A DNA stretch of 64,000 bases from positions 61,855-125,854 of the forward strand of contig JAJNBA010000005.1 in NCBI GenBank assembly GCA_021155985.1. Reading direction: 5' to 3'. Positions 1-12,779 of this stretch are shown here, piece by piece (the first letter of the stretch is position 1; the number at the start of each line of letters is the position of its first letter). Both the position numbers and the translations under genes were made by a program. This DNA comes from Actinomycetes bacterium. Its GTDB lineage: Bacteria > Actinomycetota > UBA4738 > HRBIN12. A model generated the notes under the pieces. That model made no database searches. It saw only the letters and a list, made by a program, of their open reading frames with translations, and had not been told where the DNA came from.

Positions 1-44
1 GCTGGCGCGCAGATCTGACGCGCCGGCGATGTGACCGCAACGAG

Positions 45-1286
45 ATGAGGACCGATCCGGGGATCGAGGATCTCCTGCGCACACTTGCGCCGCAGGTCCT
101 CGGGACATTGGTGCGCCGGCATGGCCAGTTCGACGCGTGCGAGGACGCCGTCCAGGAGGCGTTGCTCGCCGCGGGGTTGGAGTGGCCAGGAGGCGGTGTC
201 CCTCGCGATCCTCGGGCGTGGCTCGTCACGGTCGCCTCTCGGCGTCTCGTCGATGGATGGCGGAGCGAGAGCGCGCGACGGCGCCGGGAGGAGATCACCG
301 TCGCGATGGAGGTCCCTGCTCCCGATGAGCGGACCGACCGTGACGACACGCTCACCCTCCTCTTCCTCTGCTGCCACCCCGCGCTGTCGGTGCCGTCGCA
401 GCTCGCGCTCACGCTGCGAGCCGTGGGTGGACTCACGACCGAGGAGATCGCCAAGGCGTTCCTCGTGCCCGAGGCCACGATGGCGCAGCGGATCAGCCGC
501 GCGAAGCAACGGATCAGGGATGCGGGAGCGCGGTTCGACCTTCCGCCCGAGCAGGATCGGGCCGAGCGACTGCGGGTCGTCCTGCAGGTCCTCTACCTCG
601 TCTTCAACGAGGGGTACGCGGCGACCGCGGGGCGCGGCGTCACCCGGGCGGACCTCACGGCGGAGGCGATCCGCCTCACACGGCTGCTCCATCGGCTGAT
701 GCCGGCCGATGGTGAGGTCGCAGGCCTCCTGGCCCTGATGCTGCTGACCGATGCCCGCCGCGCCGCTCGCGCCGACGAGGATGGCTCCCTCGTGCCGCTC
801 GCCGAGCAGCGCCGCGAGCTCTGGAACGCGGCCCTGATCGCGGAGGGCGTTTCGCTCGTGACGGGAACGCTGGGGTCGGCTCCCGTGGGCCCGTATCAGC
901 TCCAGGCGGCGATCGCGGCGATCCACGACGAAGCCCCGACGGCGGAGGCGACCGACTGGCCCCAGATCCTGGCGCTCTACGAGGTCTTGGAGCGCGTGTC
1001 GCCCGGGCCGGTCGTCACGTTGAACCGCGCCGTGGCGGTCGCCATGGTCCACGGTCCTCGAGCGGGCCTGGCCCTCCTCGGGACCATCGAGGCCGACGAT
1101 CGTATGACCCATACGCATCGGCTCGACGCCGTAAGGGGCCATCTCCTCGAGCTGGCGGGAGACGCCGATGCCGCCCGCGAGGCGTACCAGCGCGCAGCTC
1201 GGCGCACCGCGAGCCTCCCTGAGGCCCGCTACCTCGCCCTGCAGGCCGCCCGGCTCGAGTCCGCGCCGACGGACGCGAGCGAGTAG
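45..1286 (+). CDS. ECF RNA polymerase sigma-70 factor with long C-terminal extension (ECF42/DUF6596-type)
   Basis: Region 2 EDAVQEALLAA...WLVTVA; region 4 LTTEEIAKAFLVPEATMAQRISRAK; LFLCCHPAL, LYLVFNEGY and GPYQLQAAIAA motifs. Confidence 0.9.
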   Translation: MRTDPGIEDLLRTLAPQVLGTLVRRHGQFDACEDAVQEALLAAGLEWPGGGVPRDPRAWLVTVASRRLVDGWRSESARRRREEITVAMEVPAPDERTDRDDTLTLLFLCCHPALSVPSQLALTLRAVGGLTTEEIAKAFLVPEATMAQRISRAKQRIRDAGARFDLPPEQDRAERLRVVLQVLYLVFNEGYAATAGRGVTRADLTAEAIRLTRLLHRLMPADGEVAGLLALMLLTDARRAARADEDGSLVPLAEQRRELWNAALIAEGVSLVTGTLGSAPVGPYQLQAAIAAIHDEAPTAEATDWPQILALYEVLERVSPGPVVTLNRAVAVAMVHGPRAGLALLGTIEADDRMTHTHRLDAVRGHLLELAGDADAAREAYQRAARRTASLPEARYLALQAARLESAPTDASE

Positions 1287-1315
1287 GGACCACTCGACCG
1301 GGGTAGGGAGCCGGC

Positions 1316-1945
1316 ATGACCTCCGCGGCGGACTTCGTTCCCGATCGCACAACGCTCCCTGCGCTCCGGGAGGCGGCGGCGGAGTGCCGAGGGTGCGATC
1401 TGTACCGGGGCGCCACGCAGACCGTGTTCGGCGAGGGACCCCGCGGCGCGCGGATCGTGATGGTCGGCGAGCAGCCGGGCGACAAGGAGGACCTCGTCGG
1501 ACGACCCTTCGTGGGCCCGGCGGGCGGCCTCCGCGCTCGCGCGATCGAGGAGGCAGGTCTGTCCCGTGGCGACATCTACCTCACCAACGTCGTGAAGCAC
1601 TTCAAGCACGTCGTGCGGGGCAAGCGCAGGATCCACCGCAAGCCGGACATGGAGGAGATCCGGGCGTGCACGCCGTGGCTCGACGCGGAGCTCGAGCGGA
1701 TCGGTCCCGAGGTTCTCGTGCTCCTCGGGGCGACAGCGGCCCAAGCGATCCTCGGGCGGAGCTTCCGGGTGACCCGGCAACGAGGAACGTTCGTCGAGTC
1801 GCCACTCGCGCCGCTGGTGACCGCGACGGTGCATCCGTCCTCGATCCTCCGCTCGCGGGGCGACGCCGAACGGCGAGCTGCCTTCGAGGGCTTCGTCCGC
1901 GATCTCCGCACGGTCGCCCGCGCGTTGAAGGCCCGCGCGAGCTGA
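1316..1945 (+). CDS. udgX: UdgX-family uracil-DNA binding protein (family 4 UDG fold, 4Fe-4S)
   Basis: CxxC (CRGC), GEQPG motif A, KRRIH R-loop diagnostic of UdgX, HPSSIL motif B. Confidence 0.9.
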   Translation: MTSAADFVPDRTTLPALREAAAECRGCDLYRGATQTVFGEGPRGARIVMVGEQPGDKEDLVGRPFVGPAGGLRARAIEEAGLSRGDIYLTNVVKHFKHVVRGKRRIHRKPDMEEIRACTPWLDAELERIGPEVLVLLGATAAQAILGRSFRVTRQRGTFVESPLAPLVTATVHPSSILRSRGDAERRAAFEGFVRDLRTVARALKARAS

Positions 1946-2005
1946 GCCCGTATCATCGTCGCCGGCGCGCAGCGCCGTCCCGTTCGAAACGCCGGAGGAT
2001 CGAAC

Positions 2006-3232
2006 ATGAAGACGGAACCGAAGCTCGGATCGGCGGAGCTGATCGAGCTCGTCGATCGCCACAGCGCGCACAACTACCATCCCCTCCCCGTGGTCGTCGC
2101 GGAAGCCGAGGGAGCCTGGGTCACCGACGTCGAGGGCACGCGCTACCTCGACATGCTGGCCGCCTACTCCGCGCTGAATTTCGGCCACCGCCATCCCGAC
2201 CTGATCCGCGCGGCGAAGGAGCAGCTCGACCGGGTCACGCTCACCTCCCGAGCGTTCCACCACGACCTGTTCGGCCCGTTCTGCGAGCAGCTCGCCGATC
2301 TCTGCGGCACCGACATGGTGCTGGCGATGAACTCCGGTGCCGAGGGCGTCGAGACGGCGATCAAGACGGCCCGCCGATGGGGCTACGACGTGAAGGGCGT
2401 CCCCGAGGGCCGCGCCAAGATCGTGGTGTGCGACGGCAACTTCCACGGGCGCACGATCACGATCGTCGGGTTCTCCACCGATCCGTCGGCGACGGGAGGG
2501 TTCGGCCCGTTCACACCGGGGTTCGTGTCGGTCCCCTTCGGCGACGCCGGGGCGCTCGCGGCAGCCCTCGACGATCCCGACGTGGTGGCGTTCCTCGTGG
2601 AGCCGATCCAGGGAGAGGCCGGCGTCGTGATCCCGCCCGCCGGCTACCTCGCCGAGGTGCGAAGGCTCTGCACCGAGCGGAACGTGCTGATGATCGCCGA
2701 CGAGATCCAGACCGGCCTCGGCCGCACTGGCACGACGTTCGCCTGCGATCACGAGGACGTGGAGCCCGATGTCTATCTCCTCGGCAAGGCCCTGGGCGGC
2801 GGGATCCTCCCGGTCTCGGCGGTGGTCTCGCGTGCCGACGTCCTCGGCGTCTTCCGGCCGGGCGAGCACGGGAGCACGTTCGGGGGGAATCCGATCGCCT
2901 GCGCGGTGGGGCTCGAGGTGCTCCGCCTGCTGCGGACCGGCGAGTACCAGCAGCGCTCGAAGGACCTCGGGGCCTGGTTCCTCGAGCGGCTGCGCGAGGA
3001 GGCGCCCACGTCCGTCACGGAGGTGCGCGGGCGCGGCCTGTGGTTCGGGATCGAGCTCACGCCGGCGGCCGCGCCCGCGCGGGCCGTCTGCGAACGGCTC
3101 CTCGAGCTCGGGATCCTCGCGAAGGACACACACGAGACCACGGTTCGGCTCGCACCTCCGCTCATGGTCTCCCACGGTGATCTGGAATGGGCGTTGGAGC
3201 GGATCGTGAACGCCCTGTCCGAGCGGGCCTGA
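2006..3232 (+). CDS. rocD: Ornithine--oxo-acid transaminase
   Basis: AHNYHPLPVV, AAYSALNFGH, EPIQGEAGV, DEIQTGLGRTG, GKALGGG (PLP Lys), HGSTFGGNP; GGAGG RBS. Confidence 0.93.
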   Translation: MKTEPKLGSAELIELVDRHSAHNYHPLPVVVAEAEGAWVTDVEGTRYLDMLAAYSALNFGHRHPDLIRAAKEQLDRVTLTSRAFHHDLFGPFCEQLADLCGTDMVLAMNSGAEGVETAIKTARRWGYDVKGVPEGRAKIVVCDGNFHGRTITIVGFSTDPSATGGFGPFTPGFVSVPFGDAGALAAALDDPDVVAFLVEPIQGEAGVVIPPAGYLAEVRRLCTERNVLMIADEIQTGLGRTGTTFACDHEDVEPDVYLLGKALGGGILPVSAVVSRADVLGVFRPGEHGSTFGGNPIACAVGLEVLRLLRTGEYQQRSKDLGAWFLERLREEAPTSVTEVRGRGLWFGIELTPAAAPARAVCERLLELGILAKDTHETTVRLAPPLMVSHGDLEWALERIVNALSERA

Positions 3233-3286
3233 GGGGGGTTCGGGGGCTCAAGAAGCGATCGCCGAGCGAGCGCAGCCCCGAGAGGA

Positions 3287-3532
3287 TCAGTCCCAGAGCC
3301 GCTCCACGTGCCAGCGATCGCGCTGGCGATCGTGGTACAGGTCCCACACGGCCCCACCGCGAGCTTCCACTCGCCAGTACTCACGATCCCGGCCGTCCTC
3401 CCACCAGCGGCCTTCGATCCGCCACCGTCCGATCACGTCGACGACCCGGTAGCGGCGGCCGCGCCATTCGAACCCCGAGGGCATCCCCGCATCCCGCTCG
3501 ACCCGCACCTCCTCGTCGAATCGCTTCGTCAT
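3287..3532 (-). CDS. Small DUF6504-like protein (resembles ImuB C-terminal region)
   Basis: PxxFxWRGRRYRV...W...WW...REYWRV...DLY...W pattern; start taken at ATG 3532 (MTKRF), downstream of the promoter and SOS box. Confidence 0.75.
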   Translation of the reverse strand: MTKRFDEEVRVERDAGMPSGFEWRGRRYRVVDVIGRWRIEGRWWEDGRDREYWRVEARGGAVWDLYHDRQRDRWHVERLWD

Positions 3533-3565
3533 GCGCGTCCCAACTCTTGGCGGCTCGTCCCGGAG

Positions 3566-3581
3566 TCGAACAGGTGTTCGG
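3566..3581. promoter_or_regulatory. LexA-binding SOS box
   Basis: TCGAACAGGTGTTCGG, one mismatch to the actinobacterial consensus TCGAAC-N4-GTTCGA, 33 bp upstream of the DUF6504-like start. Confidence 0.8.
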
Positions 3582-3592
3582 ACGGGAGAGGG

Positions 3593-3622
3593 ACGATACG
3601 CCTCCCCGGCGACATCCGTCAA
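3593..3622 (-). promoter_or_regulatory. sigma70/HrdB-type promoter for the DUF6504-like gene
   Basis: Minus strand TTGACG (3622-3617), 18-bp spacer, TATCGT (3598-3593). Confidence 0.6.
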
Positions 3623-3638
3623 GACATCGGAGGCGCGG

Positions 3639-4538
3639 TCAGGTCACTCCCACGAGGGCGGCTCGCATGTCCCGCACGATCGCTCTCGCCGCTCGGAGCT
3701 CACCCCTGTCCTCGTAGTGGGTTCCGTCCGGGCGAGCGAGCGATCCGCCCCACATCCGGTCGTCGCAGGGAGAGATGTTCGAGCGACAGATCGTGTCCGT
3801 GATCGTGATGAACACGGCTTCGTCCGGGTGGGCGACCGCGTACCGACGCAGCATCCGATTGTGCGGTTGCGTCACGTCCTTGTACCGATTCATCCGGAAG
3901 CGCCGCCACGCGCAGTTCATGGTGTCCTCACCCGCGCATCGTTCCGCGAACCCGACCCCGATCGGTTCGGTAGCCACGAACACGATCGTTCCGCCCCCCG
4001 CGCGCAGCCGAGCCAACGTGTCCTCGAAGGCGATGGCCCGGTGTCTCCAGAACCGATCGGACCCAGACCGCGCGAGCTCTCCCTCGGCCGTGAGGAACGG
4101 CATCGTCGACAGCCGGTCCCACCAGATCACGACGTCGGGATCGTGTTGCTGCACCAGGGACGCCTGGGTCGGAGGGACGAGTCCGGGGCACCGCTCAGGG
4201 TCCCCTTTGGGCTTGCCGCTCTTCGGCCAGGCGAGAGGGTCGCCGTAGACCGAGCAGATGGGCACCGCGGCGGAGACGAGGTCCCAGCCGAGCGTGTCGT
4301 CGAGCACGAGCCCCAGGGTGTCCACGAGATGGAGCGGCACCGAGTCGCCGGCGATGAGGGCGGTCAGTCCCTCCGCGAGCGTCGTCGCCGTGGGCTCGAT
4401 CCGCGCCGGGGCCGAGAGCACCTCGGCTTCGGGCGTCTCGAACGTATCGGTCACGAAGGTCACCACGAGGATCCCCACGGCGACCAGGAGGATCCCCACG
4501 CCGATGCGCGCCCGCTGCCTCCCGCCCGCGGTGCTCAT
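3639..4538 (-). CDS. Membrane-anchored SGNH hydrolase/acyltransferase domain protein
   Basis: N-terminal TM, GDSV nucleophile motif, DGTHY (DxxH); start could be 4538 or 4553. Confidence 0.8.
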   Translation of the reverse strand: MSTAGGRQRARIGVGILLVAVGILVVTFVTDTFETPEAEVLSAPARIEPTATTLAEGLTALIAGDSVPLHLVDTLGLVLDDTLGWDLVSAAVPICSVYGDPLAWPKSGKPKGDPERCPGLVPPTQASLVQQHDPDVVIWWDRLSTMPFLTAEGELARSGSDRFWRHRAIAFEDTLARLRAGGGTIVFVATEPIGVGFAERCAGEDTMNCAWRRFRMNRYKDVTQPHNRMLRRYAVAHPDEAVFITITDTICRSNISPCDDRMWGGSLARPDGTHYEDRGELRAARAIVRDMRAALVGVT

Positions 4539-4607
4539 CACGCCCTCGCCCATGCCACACGGGATGCTACGAGAGACGATCGGGGTCGAGCCGATCGGAG
4601 ATACGGT

Positions 4608-5243
4608 GTGCTCTTGGTCTTCGAGCCCGGCGAGGGGATCGTGCTCCGGGAGGTGTGGCGTGGCCGCGTCTTCGAGGCGCGGCCGACGACCGTCGTCCGG
4701 GACGACCCCGATCAGTTGATCCTCCTGCTGCCAGGCGGTGCCCGGTGCGGGGTCCCGATCGGGGGGGACGGACGTGAGCTCAGACTTCCCGACCGCCCGT
4801 GGCGTCTCGAGATCCGGCCGCGAGGCGATCGGTCGATCCTGTCCTTCGCCTGGCCGGCAACGCCCTACTCCGTCCTGTTGTGGACCGCCCGCGACCATCG
4901 GCGGGTCTGGTACGTCAACCTGCAGGATCCGCTCACCCGTACCGCGATCGGGTTCGACACGGTGGATCACGCGTTGGACGTCGTGATCGAGCTCGATCGT
5001 TCCTCCTGGCGATGGAAGGACGAGGAGGAGCTCGCCGAGGCCGTCAGCGGCGGGCTCTTCACCGCCCAGGAGGCGGCGGACTTCCGAGCATGGGGTCTCA
5101 GGGCCGTCGATCGGATCATCTCGGAGAGCCCCCCCTTCGACCTCGACTGGGAGGGCTGGCACCCCGACCCGGACTGGCCACTCCCGGAGCTCCGGGAGGG
5201 GTGGGACGTCGATCCGGGGGTGAGCGACCGGGCAACGCCCTAG
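4608..5243 (+). CDS. DUF402 domain protein
   Basis: WYVNLQDP, FDTVDHALDVV, WRWKDEEEL motifs; GTG start with GGAG RBS. Confidence 0.8.
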   Translation: MLLVFEPGEGIVLREVWRGRVFEARPTTVVRDDPDQLILLLPGGARCGVPIGGDGRELRLPDRPWRLEIRPRGDRSILSFAWPATPYSVLLWTARDHRRVWYVNLQDPLTRTAIGFDTVDHALDVVIELDRSSWRWKDEEELAEAVSGGLFTAQEAADFRAWGLRAVDRIISESPPFDLDWEGWHPDPDWPLPELREGWDVDPGVSDRATP

Positions 5244-5321
5244 GCTGTACCGTGCCTCGGTCCGACCGTGCGGGGTGAGGTGCCACCTCGAGCGACCGAA
5301 GGCTCGATGAAGGTTGGCGCG

Positions 5322-7301
5322 ATGAGTGGAGCACACGAGGAACGCGGATCGGCGGCGGCGGGATCGGGCGAGCCGGCGGCGGGAGGGCACGTTCGCGCGC
5401 TCGACGGGGTCCGGGCCGTCGCCGTCCTGCTGGTCCTGCTGTTCCACCTACGGTTCCCGGGCTTCTCCTCCGGGTTCCTCGGCGTGGACATCTTCTTCGT
5501 GCTCTCCGGGTTCCTGATCACGACGCTGCTGCTCACCGAGCACGATCGGACCGGACGTATCTCCCTGTCCGAATTCTGGGCGAGGCGGGCGAGGCGGCTG
5601 TTGCCCGCCCTCGTGATCCTCCTGCTCGTGGTGGCCGCCGTCACCTGGGCGCAGGGAACGTTCACCGAGCGGGCGTCCGTCCGCGGGGATCTCCTCGCGA
5701 CGACGGGCTACGTTGCCAACTGGCATCTCATCAACACGTCGAGCTACTTCGCCGACATCGGCATCGATTCCCCGCTCGAGCACACGTGGTCGCTCGCCAT
5801 CGAGGAGCAGTTCTACGTGCTGTGGCCGCTCGTCGTGGTCGGCATCGCCGCTCTTCTGAAGCGGCGACCACAGGTCGGCGTGGCAGGGGTCGCCGTGGCG
5901 GGATCCGTGCTTTCGGCGATGCTCCTGTGGCTGCTGTGGTCGGATGGGAACGTCGATCGCGCGTACATGGGGACGGATGCGCGGATCTTCGAGCCGCTGG
6001 TGGGGGCCGTCGGAGCAGCCTGCGTCGCCGTGCCGAGGGGTCGCCGTTGGATCGACCGCCGAGGAGGCCTCCTGTTCGCTCTCGGCGCGGTGGGGCTGGT
6101 GTCGGGCGTCGTCCTCGTCGCCCTCAGTCCCTCGAGCTACCCCGTCGGCGGGGCGATGCTCGTCACGCTGGCCACGTTGCTGGTCGTGATGTCGCTGTGG
6201 CTCGGCCACGGTGGCATCGTGATGCGGTCGCTCGGATGGGCGCCGATCGCATGGATCGGCGTCGTCTCCTACGGCGCCTATCTGTGGCATTGGCCGCTCG
6301 TCGTGTGGCTCGGGGCGAACGAGGGGACGGATGCAACGATCACCAGACGGCTGGGAGTCATCGTCGCGACCTTCGCGATCGCGGCGATCTCCTACCGGTT
6401 GATCGAGTCCCCCATCCGCCGGGGACGGGTACGCGCCGCAACGACCGAAGGCCCTCGCTCCCGCTCGGCGCGCCGGCTCCGCCGCACGCTCGTGGCGATC
6501 CCGGTCGCGCTGCTCGCGGTCGCCTCCATCTCGGTGGCGGCGACCCAGGTCCCGGTCGAGACGGGCTCGACACCGTCGCTGATGCTGGCCGGCGATTCCG
6601 TCCCACGCCATCTCACCGTCGCCCTGGATCGAGCGATGACCGATCGAGGATGGCGCCTGTTCTCGGCCACGTTCGGGTCCTGCCCCGTGACGGGCGAAGA
6701 ACCGGCGCGGGCCGATGGCACCCCGGTACGGTCGAGCACCCACTGCTCGACCCACGTGGTCCAGGAGCAGGACCGGATCGTGCAGACATCGGACCCCGAG
6801 ATCGTGATCTGGTGGGACCGATGGTCGCTCTCCGACTTCTTGACGCCCGCGGGAGAGGTCGTTCGATCGGGAACATCGCGCTACTGGGAGCTCCGGCGGG
6901 AGGGTGTGCGTCACGCCGTGGAACGGCTCAGCTCGGGCGGGGCGACGGTGGTCTTCGTCGCGACGGAGCCTCCCGGCGCCACGATCGGAGTGGAGCGATG
7001 TACCGAAGCCGACTGCCATCGGTTCGTTCGTCTCCAGATCGACCGCTATCACGACCTGACCGCGCGCTGGAACGCGATGCTGCAGCGGTTCGCCGAGCGA
7101 CATCCCGACCGCGCGTATTTCCTGAGCGTCACCGACGCGATCTGCCACACGGACGCGGCGCCGTGTGACGATCGCATCGACGGGGTCCCTGCTCGCCCCG
7201 ACGGCACCCACTACGAAGGGGTCGGCGAGTCCCTCGTGATCGCGACCCTCCTCCGCTTGATGGCTCCGGTCATGGATCCCCCGGCCGCACCCGCGTCGTA
7301 G
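5322..7301 (+). CDS. Acyltransferase family 3 + SGNH fusion (OatA/OafA-like O-acyltransferase)
   Basis: LDGVRAVAV, GFLGVDIFFVLSGFLIT, FWARRARRLLPAL, HTWSLAIEEQFY; C-terminal GDS...DGTHY; start could be 5307. Confidence 0.9.
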   Translation: MSGAHEERGSAAAGSGEPAAGGHVRALDGVRAVAVLLVLLFHLRFPGFSSGFLGVDIFFVLSGFLITTLLLTEHDRTGRISLSEFWARRARRLLPALVILLLVVAAVTWAQGTFTERASVRGDLLATTGYVANWHLINTSSYFADIGIDSPLEHTWSLAIEEQFYVLWPLVVVGIAALLKRRPQVGVAGVAVAGSVLSAMLLWLLWSDGNVDRAYMGTDARIFEPLVGAVGAACVAVPRGRRWIDRRGGLLFALGAVGLVSGVVLVALSPSSYPVGGAMLVTLATLLVVMSLWLGHGGIVMRSLGWAPIAWIGVVSYGAYLWHWPLVVWLGANEGTDATITRRLGVIVATFAIAAISYRLIESPIRRGRVRAATTEGPRSRSARRLRRTLVAIPVALLAVASISVAATQVPVETGSTPSLMLAGDSVPRHLTVALDRAMTDRGWRLFSATFGSCPVTGEEPARADGTPVRSSTHCSTHVVQEQDRIVQTSDPEIVIWWDRWSLSDFLTPAGEVVRSGTSRYWELRREGVRHAVERLSSGGATVVFVATEPPGATIGVERCTEADCHRFVRLQIDRYHDLTARWNAMLQRFAERHPDRAYFLSVTDAICHTDAAPCDDRIDGVPARPDGTHYEGVGESLVIATLLRLMAPVMDPPAAPAS

Positions 7302-7356
7302 CCGACCCCAGGCCGACCCTGGTGCGGTCGGCGAGCCGGTTGCCGGGAGCGACCGG

Positions 7357-8607
7357 GTGCGGGAGCCTGTGTCCGTGATCGACGTCGAGGCCGTCCGCGC
7401 CCGCTTCCCGGCCCTCGCCCGCGTCGGTGACGACGGCCGGCCGCGGGTCCTCGTGGATGCCCCCGGTGGCTCCCAGGTGCCGCAGGACGTGATCGAGGCG
7501 GTGTCTCGCCACTACCGCCGTGGGATGAGCAACACGCACGGCGCGTTCGCGACGAGCGAGGAAACGGACGCCGTGATCGGAGAGGCTCGCCGAGCCGCCG
7601 CGGACTTCACGGGAGCCGATCCCGACGAGATCGTCTTCGGTCCGAACGCGACGAGCCTGCTGCTCCATGTGTCCCGATCGTTCGCGAAGACGCTGGAACC
7701 GGGCGACGAGGTGGTCGTCACCCGGTTGGACCACGATGCGAACGTCCGACCGTGGGTGCTCGCGGCTGCGGACGCCGGCGCCACCGTGCGATGGGTGGAC
7801 GTCCACGCGGACGACGTCACGATCGACGTCGCGTCCTTCGACGCGGCCCTGTCGCCGCGGACGAAGTTCGTCGCGTTCACGCTCGCGTCCAACGCCGTCG
7901 GCACGATCCCTGCCGCCCACGATCTGGTCGCCCGGGCGAAAGCGGTGGGCGCCGTCGTCGCGCTCGATGGGGTCCATCTGGCGCAGCACCGTCTCCCGGA
8001 CCTCCACGGGCTCGGCGCCGACCTGCTCGTGTGCTCTCCGTACAAGTTCTTCGGGCCGCACCTCGGTGTCCTCGCGGCGGAGCGGAGCATCCTCGCGTCC
8101 TGGTCGCCGTACAAGCTGATCCCGTCGTCGGACGACGTCCCCGAGCGATGGGAGACCGGGACCCAGAACCACGAGGGCCTCGCCGGCCTCACGGCGGCCG
8201 TGGAGTATCTCGCGGGGCTCGCCACCGTCTCCGACACCGGTCGGCGGGACCGACTCGCTGCCGCCTACGAGGCGATCACCACACACGAGCGGATGCTGGC
8301 GGATCGGTTCCTCGCCGGTCTCGCGAGCCTCCCCTCCGTTCGCCTCTGGGGCATCGCCGACCGCGATCGCAGCGGTGAGCGGACCCCGACGTTCGCGATC
8401 CGCGTGGGCGACGACCATCCGGCCGAGACGGCGAAGGCGCTCGCGGCGCGCGGCATCTTCGTCTGGGACGGCGACTACTACGCCCGCGAGATCATGGTCC
8501 GCCTCGGACTGTTCGACACGGGCGGTGCCGTCCGCATCGGCTTCTGTCACTACCACTCGCCTGACGAGGTGGATCGGGTGCTGGACGCGCTCCGCGAGCT
8601 CGGCTAG
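7357..8607 (+). CDS. Cysteine desulfurase-like class V aminotransferase
   Basis: DAPGGSQVP, LDHDANVRPW, CSPYKFFGPH (PLP Lys), WETGTQNHE; start could be GTG 7375. Confidence 0.85.
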   Translation: MREPVSVIDVEAVRARFPALARVGDDGRPRVLVDAPGGSQVPQDVIEAVSRHYRRGMSNTHGAFATSEETDAVIGEARRAAADFTGADPDEIVFGPNATSLLLHVSRSFAKTLEPGDEVVVTRLDHDANVRPWVLAAADAGATVRWVDVHADDVTIDVASFDAALSPRTKFVAFTLASNAVGTIPAAHDLVARAKAVGAVVALDGVHLAQHRLPDLHGLGADLLVCSPYKFFGPHLGVLAAERSILASWSPYKLIPSSDDVPERWETGTQNHEGLAGLTAAVEYLAGLATVSDTGRRDRLAAAYEAITTHERMLADRFLAGLASLPSVRLWGIADRDRSGERTPTFAIRVGDDHPAETAKALAARGIFVWDGDYYAREIMVRLGLFDTGGAVRIGFCHYHSPDEVDRVLDALRELG

Positions 8608-8617
8608 CGACGTCGGC

Positions 8618-11732
<3,115 letters not shown>

Positions 11733-11735
11733 CCG

Positions 11736-12779
11736 ATGTCCGCGATCCGGATCCTGGCCGGGATGGGGGCCGCCGCGTTGGTCGTCCTCGCGGTGCGCGG
11801 CTACGACCGCAGGAACATCAGCCGGCTGAACCTGATCATCCTGTTCGGTCTGTGTGCGGCGGTCGCGGCGCTGGCGATCTATCCGCCGCTGTTCGATCCG
11901 ATCCTCCGCACGTTCGACTTCGAACGCGGTACCGACGGCGTGATCTTCGCCCTGCTCGTCGCCGTCTTCGTGCTGTTCTTCCTGTACCTCCGCGCCCAGA
12001 CCACGGCCGATACGAACGAGCGGAGCATCCGTCTGCTCGTCGAGGCGCTCGGTGAGGAACGGTTCGACTGGGATCGAGCGGAGGGCCTGCCGGACGGCCA
12101 GCGGCTCGTCACGATCTGCCCGGCGTTCAACGAGGCCGAGAACGTGGCGGCCGTGATCAAGCAGATCCCGGCGATGATCGAGGGCCATCACGTGGTCCCC
12201 GTCGTGGTGAGCGACGGCTCGACCGACGGGACGGCCGCCGTGGCGCGCGAGGCGGGCGCGTACGTCGCCGAGCTCCCGATCCGGCGGGGAGGCGGGCTGG
12301 CGCTCCGCGTGGGCTACGAGATCGCCTTGCAGCTCGGCGCCCAGATCGTGGTCACGCTGGATTCCGACGGACAGCATCTGCCCGAGGAGATCCCGATCGT
12401 GATCGCGCCGATCCTCGCAGGGGAGGCCGACTACGTGAACGGCTCACGGCTGCTCGGGTCGTTCGAGCGAGAGAGCGTCGTCCGGCACCTCGGCGTGCAC
12501 GTGTTCTCCCGCATCATCACGCTCCTCACCGGCCGCCGGATCACCGACCCCTCCTCCGGGTACCGGGCGGCGCGCGCCGACCTGCTCGAGCGCGTCGTGC
12601 TGAAGCAGGATCAGTTCTGGTCGACGGAGATCCTGATCGAGGCGCTGCGACATCGCGCTCGGGTCGTCGAGGTGCCGGTCACGTTCCTCGCCCGCGCCGG
12701 CGGAGAATCGAAGAAGCCGAAGTCCTTCCGCTACGGCTGGAACTTCCTGAAGGTCATCATCCAGACCTGGCTCCGGTAG
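11736..12779 (+). CDS. DUF2304 membrane domain fused to DPM-synthase-like GT2 glycosyltransferase
   Basis: About 3 N-terminal TMs; PAFNEAEN, SDGSTDGT, TLDSDGQH, GSR, TDPSSGYRA, EVPV..GESKK. Confidence 0.85.
   Translation: MSAIRILAGMGAAALVVLAVRGYDRRNISRLNLIILFGLCAAVAALAIYPPLFDPILRTFDFERGTDGVIFALLVAVFVLFFLYLRAQTTADTNERSIRLLVEALGEERFDWDRAEGLPDGQRLVTICPAFNEAENVAAVIKQIPAMIEGHHVVPVVVSDGSTDGTAAVAREAGAYVAELPIRRGGGLALRVGYEIALQLGAQIVVTLDSDGQHLPEEIPIVIAPILAGEADYVNGSRLLGSFERESVVRHLGVHVFSRIITLLTGRRITDPSSGYRAARADLLERVVLKQDQFWSTEILIEALRHRARVVEVPVTFLARAGGESKKPKSFRYGWNFLKVIIQTWLR

Noticed and set aside
1..18. Possible 3' end of a YciI/DGPF gene that often precedes ECF42 sigmas
   Set aside because: Only five codons and a stop are visible; too little to call.
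3233..3246. GGGGGTTCGGGGG, also reverse-complemented at 26414-26426
   Set aside because: Only two short G-rich copies; a REP-like element is possible but unsupported.
7357..8607. Cysteine desulfurase-like gene as the sulfur source for SqdB
   Set aside because: SqdB uses sulfite, and adjacency alone does not support the link.
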